Below, piece after piece: positions 27,031-38,000 of a DNA stretch of 64,000 bases. Below the pieces are notes generated by a model. The model was not told the origin of the DNA, ran no database searches, and worked only from the letters and a program-made list of their open reading frames with translations. This stretch comes from Bacillota bacterium. GTDB lineage: Bacteria > Bacillota > Clostridia > Christensenellales > UBA3700. How positions within the stretch are numbered: the stretch's first letter is position 1; each line of letters starts with the position of its first letter. The DNA lies in the NCBI GenBank assembly GCA_023396095.1, contig JAEWXG010000012.1:97718-161717 (forward strand), in the 5' to 3' direction. The position numbers and the translations under genes were made by a program.

Positions 27031-27997
27031 CTGTTACCATTTCAACTAATTCAACATCCTGAACCACTGGCGTGCCACATTGTTGCAATTCATAAACATA
27101 CGGCTTTTTATAAAAAAATACTATGTTAAAGCATGCAAAAATCGCATATCCCAATAATGCTGCAAATGTTACATCAGACAAAAAATGTGCCAGATTAACT
27201 ATTCGAGAAATTGCTGTTAAAAGAATAAAAGAAAACGATATAAAATATGCAATAGGTTTGAATTTCTTTAACTTAGGAAAAATATTAAATAACACAACGA
27301 AAACTAATATATTAGATGCCGAAATAGTATGTCCTGATGGAAAAGATGTGTTATCTGATTTAAATAAATTTTTTGATATTTCAAATCCATTTGGCTTCCA
27401 CCAAGGAGTAAACGACCCATATGAACCATTTGCTGGCATGTTTCTAAATCTAGGTCTTGAAAATGTATATTTTAAAATTCTTGATAATACAAATGAAACT
27501 AAGACAACTACTAGAGCAAAAAGTGCCCATTTGTATAATTTAAACATAAATTCTTTATTCAATTTGATTGCTAGTATTAGTGTTAACACTCCAGCAACAA
27601 TGGCTAAAACAATAGAAATTGCTAAAGTTTGAACACCACTTACTTTGGATTTCTTTTCAAGTATTTCAAATAACTCAGATGTTTTAAACCAAATAAAATA
27701 AGTAACAAAAACAAAAGTTGCCGACATGACTTTGAAAAACTTGTTTTTATAATTATCCCATGGCAAATTTCTAAAAACAATGGCTAACGCTAATGGTAAT
27801 ATTATATATGAAGGTATCTCCCCTATAATTGCAAATAAAATTCCAAACCAAGATCGCACGTCTCCTATATCTATACTAATTTGCAAATCAATTTCTCTTG
27901 GTAAAATTGCTGTAATAACTAAAATACTTAATAATGCGGTACAAATTAAAACATTAGTTACATAATAAAGCGTTTTTTCAATAGTCTTTTCCCTCAT
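27020..27997 (-). CDS. PAP2-superfamily membrane phosphatase
   Basis: The tripartite PAP2 motif is present: KYTFSRPRF ... PSGHT ... SRIVNLAHFLSD. Multiple TM segments. It overlaps the ligase gene by 11 nt. Confidence 0.8.
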   Translation of the reverse strand: MREKTIEKTLYYVTNVLICTALLSILVITAILPREIDLQISIDIGDVRSWFGILFAIIGEIPSYIILPLALAIVFRNLPWDNYKNKFFKVMSATFVFVTYFIWFKTSELFEILEKKSKVSGVQTLAISIVLAIVAGVLTLILAIKLNKEFMFKLYKWALFALVVVLVSFVLSRILKYTFSRPRFRNMPANGSYGSFTPWWKPNGFEISKNLFKSDNTSFPSGHTISASNILVFVVLFNIFPKLKKFKPIAYFISFSFILLTAISRIVNLAHFLSDVTFAALLGYAIFACFNIVFFYKKPYVYELQQCGTPVVQDVELVEMVTDDK

Positions 27998-28037
27998 AAA
28001 CAGTCCTCTTTTTGTATTTTATCACATTAAAATATTT

Positions 28038-29102
28038 TTATAGTACTTTTGATAAAAACATTTGCAATCTTTCATTTTTAGGATTTTCAAAAATATCTTT
28101 TGAGGTGCCCTGCTCTATTATCTTTCCGCCATCCATAAACATAACTCTAGTTGAAATTTCTTTTGCAAAATTCATTTCGTGCGTAACAATAATTGTTGTC
28201 ATCCCAGATATAGCAACCATTTTAATTAACTCTAAAACTTCTCCAACCATTTCCGGATCAAGAGCAGAAGTTGGCTCATCAAAAAGCATTACATCTGGTT
28301 GCATAGCAAGTGCTCTAATAATTGCAATACGCTGTTTTTGTCCTCCAGATAAAGTTGAAGGATATACCTCTGCCTTTTCTTCAAGTCCTATTCTAGTCAA
28401 TAACTGTCTAGCTAGCTCCTCTTTTTCCTTTTTGATGTGTTCTTTACTTTTTATTAAAATAGGTAAATATCCATATTTTAGTAGCAAACTATATGCAATT
28501 TCTATATCCTCTTTTTGCTGATTAAATTCTTCAAACACTATATCTTCTAAATTTTCATGTATTTTTATCAAAAAACTATTATCCACACTATCACTGATTT
28601 GTTTTTTTGTGCATAATTTGATGCAATTATTCTTATATGCTTTCACAATCGCGTGAAATTTATCTTCATCCGTTTGCAAATTATCTGCAAATATTTCCTG
28701 TACTATTTGAGGATCTATCGCTTTCTCCATCTTTTCCCAGGTCTTTTTATATTTCTTCAATCTCTTTATTTCGTATGTAATAGGTGCAATTGTAATATTG
28801 TTCAAAACATTTAAATTATTAAAAAGATTAAATGATTGAAACACCATGCCCATCTTAGCGCGATGCTCATTTATATCAACTTTAAAATCTGCTAAATTAA
28901 CTCCATCAAAAAGTATCTCCCCTTGCGTAGGATCCTCCAAACAATTAAGACATCTTAAAAATGTACTCTTTCCGGAACCGGAAGGTCCTATAATCGAAAT
29001 AATCTCCCCATCATATATTTTTTCGCTTATTCCATTGAGTACTTCCAAATCCCCAAACTTTTTATATAGATTATTAACTGAAATGCAAACTTCTTTTTTC
29101 AT
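28038..29102 (-). CDS. amino-acid ABC transporter ATP-binding protein with a ~110-aa insertion
   Basis: Walker [11 protein letters not shown]-loop MVFQSFNLF, signature LSGGQKQR, Walker [12 protein letters not shown] and H-loop VTHEM are all present. It is 354 aa versus about 240-260 for GlnQ-type ATPases. Confidence 0.9.
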   Translation of the reverse strand: MKKEVCISVNNLYKKFGDLEVLNGISEKIYDGEIISIIGPSGSGKSTFLRCLNCLEDPTQGEILFDGVNLADFKVDINEHRAKMGMVFQSFNLFNNLNVLNNITIAPITYEIKRLKKYKKTWEKMEKAIDPQIVQEIFADNLQTDEDKFHAIVKAYKNNCIKLCTKKQISDSVDNSFLIKIHENLEDIVFEEFNQQKEDIEIAYSLLLKYGYLPILIKSKEHIKKEKEELARQLLTRIGLEEKAEVYPSTLSGGQKQRIAIIRALAMQPDVMLFDEPTSALDPEMVGEVLELIKMVAISGMTTIIVTHEMNFAKEISTRVMFMDGGKIIEQGTSKDIFENPKNERLQMFLSKVL

Positions 29103-29806
29103 TATCTAGCCTCACTTTTTTTCAATCTTTTCTCAACTCTGCGCACAATAAATGTGAAGATTAAAACAATTAATAAGTATATTAACCCTAAGAAGAAATA
29201 CGGCAAAATATAATCATATGAAGCGGACCCAATTTTTTGAAAAGCAAATGTTAAATCCGCAATTGCAATCATTGAAACAACTGATGTTTCTTTTACAAGT
29301 GCAATGTATTCATTCCCAATGGTAGGAACCATATTTTTAAATGCTTGAGGAACTACAACTGAAAACATCGTTTTAGTGTAACTCATTCCTAATGCTCTCC
29401 CAGCTTCCAATTGTCCTTTATCAATACCATTTATCCCAGAGCGCATAATTTCAGCAACATATGCGGCACTATTCAACCCAAACATAAAAGCTGCTACCAA
29501 TGTCCTTCCTAAAACAGTAACAACCGCTATATTTAACAATGGCATTACAGCATAAAAACCTATCAACAATTGCACAATCAATGGAGTTCCTCTAAAAAAT
29601 GCTAAGTAAGCATCACTACATTTTTCCCAAACTCGTAAACTTTTTTTATATTTAGGAACAACTTTAGAAATTGCAATAATTGTCCCTATAATTAGTCCTA
29701 TCAATAATCCTATAATAGAAATTAGAAGAGTTGCTAACAACCCTTCTAATATTGTTTTTTGCGATTTTTGCAATAACTCAAAAAATATTTGAAATCTTTC
29801 TGACAT
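29102..29806 (-). CDS. amino-acid ABC transporter permease (His/Glu/Gln/Arg/opine family)
   Basis: 234 aa with the EAA-loop region [11 protein letters not shown] and 5-6 TM segments. Confidence 0.9.
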   Translation of the reverse strand: MSERFQIFFELLQKSQKTILEGLLATLLISIIGLLIGLIIGTIIAISKVVPKYKKSLRVWEKCSDAYLAFFRGTPLIVQLLIGFYAVMPLLNIAVVTVLGRTLVAAFMFGLNSAAYVAEIMRSGINGIDKGQLEAGRALGMSYTKTMFSVVVPQAFKNMVPTIGNEYIALVKETSVVSMIAIADLTFAFQKIGSASYDYILPYFFLGLIYLLIVLIFTFIVRRVEKRLKKSEAR

Positions 29807-29817
29807 TTAACTTCCCT

Positions 29818-30687
29818 TTATTTTATTACTTTTTTAAATTTTGCAATAAATTCCTCTGGTGTTTTTATACCATCATATTTTGTATTTTTCTCTTTAACAA
29901 CTAAAACTAAATGATTTGTATCATAACTTGTTGTAAAGTTTAAAATTTTTTCACGTTCAGCATTTTTAGTAAATCCTGCCATTGCAATTTTCTTCCCTTT
30001 TTTATCTGCTTGAACAGTAGGTGCAATTGCATCAAAATTTACATCTTCGATTGCAAATTCAACTACAGTATCCTCCGCATAACCCAAGCTTTGTTTTACT
30101 GCTAAATTAGTATTTATATATTCCACAAATTTTAGCCCAATTTCAATATCAATTCCTTTATATTGATCTCCCACTTTTAACTCATATGGAGCAAATCCAG
30201 CTTCAGTTACCATAACAATTTGGTTAACCTTATCCTGTGCCACTGGAATTGTATGAAGATTAAATTCTGTCTGTTCTGTTATTTTTTTTACTTCATCCTT
30301 TTTGGCATCTAAAAACTTATTTAATACATTCAACAAATCTTTTGATGTTTCATTTTTTGCAACGGCAAAAGCAAATTCCTCTTCAGTTGTTACATTGTCA
30401 ACTATCTTTAAACCTCCAATGTTTTTAACATAACTTTTAGCAGGCTTATGATCCATTATAACTCCTTCTATTACTCCATTTTTTACATCGCTTAATGCCA
30501 TAGCATACTGATTGTATGAACGAAGAACTTGTTGATTCTCCTTACCGTCTAAAACTTCATCTTGAAAATAAAAAGCTCCTGTTGTCCCTGTTTGAACCCC
30601 AAAAGCAACCTTTTTAGAACAAGATGCAAACACAACTGTAATTCCAATAATTAATAGTACTAATACTCCGAAAATTTTCTTTTTCAT
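29818..30687 (-). CDS. amino-acid ABC transporter substrate-binding lipoprotein (family 3 SBP)
   Basis: Signal peptide plus lipobox VFASC. Family assignment rests on its operon position with the permease and ATPase genes. Confidence 0.75.
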   Translation of the reverse strand: MKKKIFGVLVLLIIGITVVFASCSKKVAFGVQTGTTGAFYFQDEVLDGKENQQVLRSYNQYAMALSDVKNGVIEGVIMDHKPAKSYVKNIGGLKIVDNVTTEEEFAFAVAKNETSKDLLNVLNKFLDAKKDEVKKITEQTEFNLHTIPVAQDKVNQIVMVTEAGFAPYELKVGDQYKGIDIEIGLKFVEYINTNLAVKQSLGYAEDTVVEFAIEDVNFDAIAPTVQADKKGKKIAMAGFTKNAEREKILNFTTSYDTNHLVLVVKEKNTKYDGIKTPEEFIAKFKKVIK

Positions 30688-30720
30688 TTTAAAAATCTCC
30701 TACCTTTTTTGTTTAACAAT

Positions 30721-30749
30721 ATCATAATGCATAAAAAACTTAATTGCAA
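30721..30749 (-). promoter_or_regulatory. promoter candidate of the ABC transporter operon
   Basis: Minus strand: TTGCAA (30749-30744), 17-nt spacer, TATGAT (30726-30721). The spacer and -10 overlap palindrome box 1 (30725-30734). Confidence 0.5.
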
Positions 30750-30846
30750 GCATATTTTTACATTTTTTTGCATAAATGTTAATTTTTTTATTTTTTATTC
30801 TTTTTTTATGCATAATTGTACTTATGATGAATATTTTTATGCATAA
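30725..30846. promoter_or_regulatory. four copies of the 10-bp palindrome TTATGCATAA (two perfect, two 9/10)
   Basis: TAATGCATAA 30725-30734, TTTTGCATAA 30766-30775, TTATGCATAA 30806-30815, TTATGCATAA 30837-30846. Spacings are 41, 40 and 31 nt. Confidence 0.55.
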
Positions 30847-30871
30847 AAAAACTCTTTTTCAGAGTTTTTTA
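30845..30871 (-). terminator. intrinsic terminator of the giant-gene operon
   Basis: Minus strand: AAAAACTCT-gaaaa-AGAGTTTTT with a T-run, beginning 7 nt after the stop of the 391-aa lipoprotein gene. Confidence 0.65.
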
Positions 30872-30877
30872 TATTTT

Positions 30878-32053
30878 TTACTTTAATTGCGACAAATCTG
30901 TTCCTGCTGGTGGCTTTCTCTTATCTGAAAATTGTTTACCAAATTTGTTCAAATATTCTTTTTTCCAAATTTTTGTTTCTTCTTGATTTGTTACTGGATT
31001 AATGATTTTTTGTTTTGGCAAATATGATACTTGAACGTTTGAAACTAAAGAAGCTTGTGCTTTAATAGCCCCCAAATCCAACCCGTATGATTCAACATAG
31101 TCTATTTGCCTAATAAAACCATTGTCCCAAACTTCTATAAACATATCTAGCCCTTTATAATCAATCGTTCCGGACTGGCCGCCTAATTCTAACATATCTT
31201 TCATGTTAGCTAAATATTTCCCTTCCCAAGCGCCAGGCAAAAATGATACTTCTATAACGTGAACTTTTGGAACTGCGCCTGCTTTAATTTGTTCTTGAAG
31301 TTGTTTGTAGCTTTCTTCTCTATCTTTTCTGAAAGGCTGTGATTCTAAAAAATCACTTGATGTAAAATCAACATTTGATTGAATATCAATTAGGCTAATC
31401 GTTTCTTCATTCACAACATATCCTAGTATATTATTAGGATCGTCATTAGAGTAATTACTAAAACCTTCAAAATTATTTGCTTTCTTCTCTTGCCATTTAC
31501 CTGACAAATTATAAAATTGGGAAGTATTAGGATCTAACTTTATATTAGATGCATCAACAGCTTGTCTATATATATATCCACCATCTGTTTTTCTCAACAC
31601 TTCAACCATTAATCTAATATCTACCCCAGCAACACCTTTGGAAGTTACTGAATAACTAGAAAAGTAATTTAATGATTGTTCTAAACCTTCATTGCCAGCA
31701 TCTGCTGCCCCTTCTTTCTTCCCTCTTTCAGATAATCTCACCGTCATAACAGATTGAATAACCGTCATTCCTAATGTAACTGTACTTACATCACCAGTTT
31801 GACGATAATATGTAAACGGAGCATATTGCATATTCTTCCAAATATTTGCTAAATGCGCTTTTGAATTCTCCTTATTCTCCCAATCTATTTCGTATTTAGG
31901 AGTTAGCAACTCTTGCGTCTTATAATTTATAGGCGTTGATATTATAGTCGCCTGTGGCTTAAGCTCTAACCCACCTCCGCAAGATGCAAAAGAGGCCACC
32001 ATTAATGATAATATTAAAACTAAAGATATAATCGTTATTTTCTTTGTCTTCAT
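30878..32053 (-). CDS. orphan lipoprotein (391 aa), translationally adjacent to the giant gene
   Basis: Signal peptide plus lipobox SFASC. The ATG lies 3 nt after the giant-gene stop, and the AGGAGG RBS sits inside the giant gene's last codons. No family recognised. Confidence 0.6.
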   Translation of the reverse strand: MKTKKITIISLVLILSLMVASFASCGGGLELKPQATIISTPINYKTQELLTPKYEIDWENKENSKAHLANIWKNMQYAPFTYYRQTGDVSTVTLGMTVIQSVMTVRLSERGKKEGAADAGNEGLEQSLNYFSSYSVTSKGVAGVDIRLMVEVLRKTDGGYIYRQAVDASNIKLDPNTSQFYNLSGKWQEKKANNFEGFSNYSNDDPNNILGYVVNEETISLIDIQSNVDFTSSDFLESQPFRKDREESYKQLQEQIKAGAVPKVHVIEVSFLPGAWEGKYLANMKDMLELGGQSGTIDYKGLDMFIEVWDNGFIRQIDYVESYGLDLGAIKAQASLVSNVQVSYLPKQKIINPVTNQEETKIWKKEYLNKFGKQFSDKRKPPAGTDLSQLK

Positions 32054-32056
32054 ACT

Positions 32057-35000
32057 TTACTGGGCCTCCTTATTATTAGTATTAGCCTTTTTTATTTTCT
32101 TTGTTTTTATCCTAACCATAATACCTAATCCTATTACCGCGATGGATATAATCGACACGAAAGTCATCAATAACTTAACAGATTGTGGAGCTAATGCTTT
32201 TGGATTATTTATGATTACCAAAGCAGCGTTTTTATCACCCTCTATGCCATTAGCTAACACTTTCCCATCACTATCAACAAACACTAGTTCATATTTTGTT
32301 GTATCAACAGATAAAGTCCCTAATGAATACCTATATTCACCTTTCTTTTCTCCTGGTTTTCTTACTAATTGTCCACTAAATACATCTGAATTTAATTCAA
32401 TTTCAAACCATCCTTGTTCATATAATTCATCCAATTTAGCTTCATCTTCTTCCTCTATAGCTTTTAAAACATCATTGCCTAGGAATATTAATTCAAGCGG
32501 ATCAACTTCTGGATCATCTTGAGAAATATATTTAGACATCTTAGCTTTAAAGTGCAATCTAATAATTGTTTTGCGAATATCCATTTCCCCAGGGTATTGA
32601 TTTGTTTCATCAACATCTATCTCGTAATTATCCGACTCACTATCAGTCAATGTAATCATTTGCATTCCAACATCTTCTTTCCAATAATACTTTAACCCTA
32701 GCGCACTGATAGTATCCTTATATGGTACTACTTTAATCTCATCACCAAACGCTTCATACTCATTCCATTCTACAAGCCCGCCACCAACAAATGTAATAGG
32801 TATTTTATCAGTATCTATATCTTGTCCATAATATTTAAGCATTCTTCCAATTCTAATCTTAATTGCTTTTTTGGAAACTGATATATTTACTTCTGCTTTA
32901 TTCCCCTTAACAATTTCAAATGGCTCATTAGCAAGTAATGTTTTATTGATATCAACTGTAACAACATGGGTTCCTGCTCCTAAATTGTTGATTCTTAAAG
33001 CGTTTATATATACATTTCCTTCCCCGTCTCTTTGATATGCAGAAGGCACATTCAAATCAACCTTTATTCCATTAATTGTTAATTTGAACACTTTGAATAA
33101 CTTATCATACGCTAAGTATTCATCAAATATTCTGCCTTTATCTTTATCAGATAAAATCAATATATCTTCTAAACTAATAACCTCATTTGAATATGTTGTT
33201 GCAACATCTTTATAATCTAAATATACCTTTCTCTTTACAACAGAAATATACCAAGGAGATTCTTGAGTCTTATTAACGAAGATAAAATTCTTTTTAATAA
33301 CATCTTCTTGTTCTGGAGTTAATGTTACATTACTTTTTAATATAATTGTCGATAAATCAAGTTCAGCAGGATATTGCATTCCATATTGCAACTTTGATAA
33401 ATCACTTGACCCATTAACCAAAACTTTAGGGATAACCTCAAAATATTTATCGTAATATCCTTCAATTTGATAAGATGGTTGTTTTGATAAATATGGTAAC
33501 TTGATAACTCTATCCTCAGGTAAAACTACTGATATATTTATAGTTTTAGGCATAATAGTAAACTTTAATTGTTCTGGAACAGTATCTCCATTCCAATCTA
33601 CTCCTTGTTTCAACTCTGTAGAAAATTTAATATCAAAATTTGCCGTAATATTTTCATCGCCATATTTTAACGCAAATGAAGAAATTTGATATCCATCAAG
33701 ATCTTCTCCTGATTTTTTAACAACATAATTTCCTAAAACATCTTTTTCCCAAGCATCTAATCCCCAATCGTATACAGGTGTTAATTCAATCGCCCCAAAT
33801 ATTTCTTGCTTGTTAGATAAATATGTATCAACTGCCACTAAATTGTCACTATACTCACTCATTAAAACACGCGTATCACCAGTTGAAGTCCTTGAAACAG
33901 CATATAAATTCAATTGGCCTTTAACAATATTAGCTTTAATTTTAAGTGTGCTCACATCAAAATTATCACCATTGTTTACTTGCGCAGCTTTATCAACATT
34001 CAATTTTGTATTGACAACCAAATTATCACCTAAAGTCATAAACTTTACAGCACCTTTATTCGTAACTTGCAATCTGAGTTGACCGCTAGTGCCATCATTT
34101 AATGTGGCAAAATTAGGATTGCTTTCATTTTTGAACACAAACACACTAACAGCCCCTAATCTGCTCGTTATAAATTTTTCCTTAGCATCATATTTTGACT
34201 TAAAGGTTATCAAATCATTCCCAGATAATAATCTAATCTTTTCTTCATCAAAATCATCTTCTGCCCATCCATTATTTGCAAATTCGTAATTAGCAAGACT
34301 TTTCATCCTTAAAATATATCTATTAAAAGTATAGTCACCAACTTTAAATGTTGTAAGAGCGTTAATAAAATCTTGCTTAGTATTGTAACTTGTTAAGTAA
34401 TATGAAGTTTCATTAATCCCTAGTAAATCCTTCAATTCGACATCTTTCTCGTCTATAAAAGTTAATTTACCTTTATCAAACTTAATGGTTCCTGGTAAAG
34501 TTGTGATTGCAAGCCTAGTACCATCCGAATTAAATGAGTTTTTAAACAATTCAAAACTCATACTATATGCTAATAGTTTATTTAATTCGTTCGTTCTATA
34601 TGTTCCTGTCCCGTCAGTCATAGAAAAATTAAAATAACCATTGCTTTTTTCTTTAATTATTCTCGCAAAAGTATTTGTTCCTTCTGGATAAGTCATAGTA
34701 GAATCCCATGTTGTCCAGTCAATGTTTACATCACTAAAAGAATCGAATCCTTTTTCTTCTGTTCCAATGATTGTAAAATATTGTTTTATATTAGCTATGT
34801 CTGCAGACGCTCCATTTATCTTTGTGATATTTTCTAATGCTTGATCTTTCCCAGACTCCACTTTTCTAAACCCATTAATTGTGTTTCTATAAAATATATC
34901 TATTGAATCAGCGGCATAACCAGTTCCTACTAATTGATTCCATTTTGTAGCTTTTGGAGCCGTAAACTCCACATCTGCTTGCACAATTTTATTTATTGGA

Positions 35001-38000
35001 TTTACTGATTCATCAGCATCTTTCGAAACAATAAACGGAGAAGAACTATCATTATTAAAAGTAAACTTAATGCTTATTTTTCCATTATCTGTATTTCTAA
35101 AAACATAATAGTATTTTCCTTCCTCATATTCATTTTTTATAGCAGACATTAATTGGAATTGAACAGTACATTTGATTATATTTTTTAATTGCTCATATGT
35201 TAACACTTCTTCACCGTTCTTGAACTCATCGCTTTGAAGAATTGTATTAATACTATTTATTCTATCATCAGCATTATCTCCAGAAACTGAACTATTACCT
35301 ATTTTAGTAATCCACATTGCTAACTTATTGTCATTTATTGTTCCCAATATTTTGCTCTCTAAATCGTCCGCATCAAATCTCATTAAAGTTGTTACATCAG
35401 ATGCCTTTAATTGTTTTGTGAATATCGGGTCACTACTATATAAATCAGATAATGTTTTAGTATCTGCTTTAAATGATATAGGGATTTGCTTTTTAGTTCC
35501 CCCAGCTTTTGACATTGATTGTTCGCTTACAAAAGAATTCAATTCATTTACACCGCTAGCATAATTAATCCCACTCATTGGTTGAGAATAGATAGCATTC
35601 ATTGTAAATACTCTATTCGTTGCCACAGCATAACCAGCACCACTCATGGATTGAGATAAAGATTGATTGAGTGATGAGTATTTTTTAACATCATAAGGAG
35701 GATATAGATCCAACTTCAATGTTTCTAATAATTTAAATTCACCAATTTCAGCTGTTTCTTTATCATTTAAAGTTGCTGATGCCGTTACTATAACATTCTT
35801 TAAGTGGATTCTCACTGGTCTATATGGAGGAACATACAACCCAAGTATTACATTCTCAACAATATCAGTACCTATTGTGTTTGTTAAACCTGGAGTTACT
35901 ATACTCCCATCATCAAGATATTCAACATCAATATTTTCAATCGTGACTCTTAAAGGTAAGAATGCACTACCACTAAATTTGTAATCTGATCCGTATGGAT
36001 CACCAATAAACTGAATTTTGTTTGCTAATGCTTTTTTAGATTGTAATTTAACAATTAATCCAGCATTCCATTTTGAAGGATCATTATACGAGAATTGACC
36101 ACCGCTAATTTCAGTTTTTGTAATTTCTTTTAAATAATCTCTCAATCCTTGAATAATTTTTTCCTCATCTAAACTTATCGCACTTAATGTGTATGGTATT
36201 TCTAACATTACATTTTTAACTATTCCATTACCATATGTTAATGAGAATTTTCCATTCTTCAAGTTTGACGATTCATCAAAGTAATCATTTATCTTTTGTG
36301 GAATCATAGATATATCAAAATTGAATTTTGTTGAAGCACCTTGTGCACTAAAGACATATAGTTTCTTTGTAGCGCCACCAATTTCAACTTCAGTTTTACC
36401 GTCTACTAACTCATTATTACCATTAACCATTTGTATTCCAATATCTGTAATACTTGCGATGTATGGATTAATAACAAGCTTTCTTTGACCTGGTAAAATG
36501 TTTTGGAATTTACTATAATCAAACACCTCCCAAACTTCATTAATTTTTACATAAACTTCAAACTTTCCGTCTTTGATATTTGCCTTTCTTACAGCATTCT
36601 TTCCTAATTTAATTTTTACAGTGGAATTTGTTGACACCTCAACATCTGTAACATATGGTTTGTATACCAAGTAATTATTATTTGCTTCAGTAGTTTCTTG
36701 AGTTGGGTCTAATACAATAGCTCCTTGTGACTCATCTTGAACCCACGCAATATCCATTTTATGAGATGTATGACCATATGAACTATACTTGTTTTGTATC
36801 GTTGCTGTTGTAGTTTGAGGTAAATTCATATCCGCCATAGTTTTTGAAATCGCTGTAGCCGAATAAATATCACTCTCTATTGTCCCTTCCGGATTTAAAA
36901 CTGAAATTTGAGTGGCAGATGTAACCTTATCAATTTTTATTCCTCCGTTATTATCAAGTAAAACTTCAATTGTTTCCTCATTACCACCACCACTAGCAGA
37001 TGTTGTTATCTTTATTTGAATAGCTCTAAATATCTTAGAAGAACCTGACGTTGGCTTTTCTAATAAAACTTTTGCATACGCCTCTTCTACAACTCTTCCG
37101 TTTTGCACGCTTGGCAATGGGAATACTGCTTTTACTAATTTTACAACCGCTGGAAGAATATTTTCTACTTGATTAGAAAATTGCATTGCACTTCCATTTA
37201 AGGAAGTAATCATAGAAAGAACAAAAGCAGAAATAGTATTTACAACCATTTTTGAATCATCTCCACCTGCTGCGACAGGATAACCCATTAATTTAAACAA
37301 ACTTCCATTTGCAAAATTAATTAGTTCTGTTACAAATGTTGGCACCAAATTAACAACTATAGAAGTATCGTTAGCTGATCCTATAACACTATTATCCGCA
37401 AATTTAATTATTTGAGGATCTTTAGCATTAATTTGTATAGATTTTATGATTTTACTAATATCAACTTTACCGTCTTCATTCTTAACATTTGGTGGGGTAG
37501 CCTTCTTTTTCTTTAAAACTATTGTTAGCTTCTTTAAATCTTGGTTGCCTTCAACCCAATCGTAAATGGTCAAGAATCCAATATTATTAGCATTGTAACT
37601 AGAACCACCACTAATTGACTGTACATTATTTTGCAACCATTCTTTAGTTATAACTGTACCGTTTTGTAAATAATATGTTCTACTTCCTTCTTTATGGTAC
37701 CCAATATATTTTCCTTCTTTGTCCCAAAATGCAAGATACATATCTTTATTGTGCGATGCTTGCCATTGTCCACCTTCAATAGTAATTTTTTCTAACTGAG
37801 AAATAGGTATCATTTTTGTGTAATGATAGTTATACCCTGACCACAAGAATCGTAATAAATTACCATCATCTCCAATAGCTAATTGCGAATTTATCCCATG
37901 CCCTGGAGAATATGTATATTTTTCAAACTCGCCTTGATCCTCAATTATTGGATCGTCCGGCGTCGTTGTTACCTCTTCTTGCGGATTAAATGCTGCACCT

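Noticed and set aside
27123-28521. 169-aa plus-strand ORFs at 27123-27632 and 28012-28521
   Set aside because: They are antisense shadows of the PAP2 and ABC ATPase genes, whose own products carry unambiguous family motifs.
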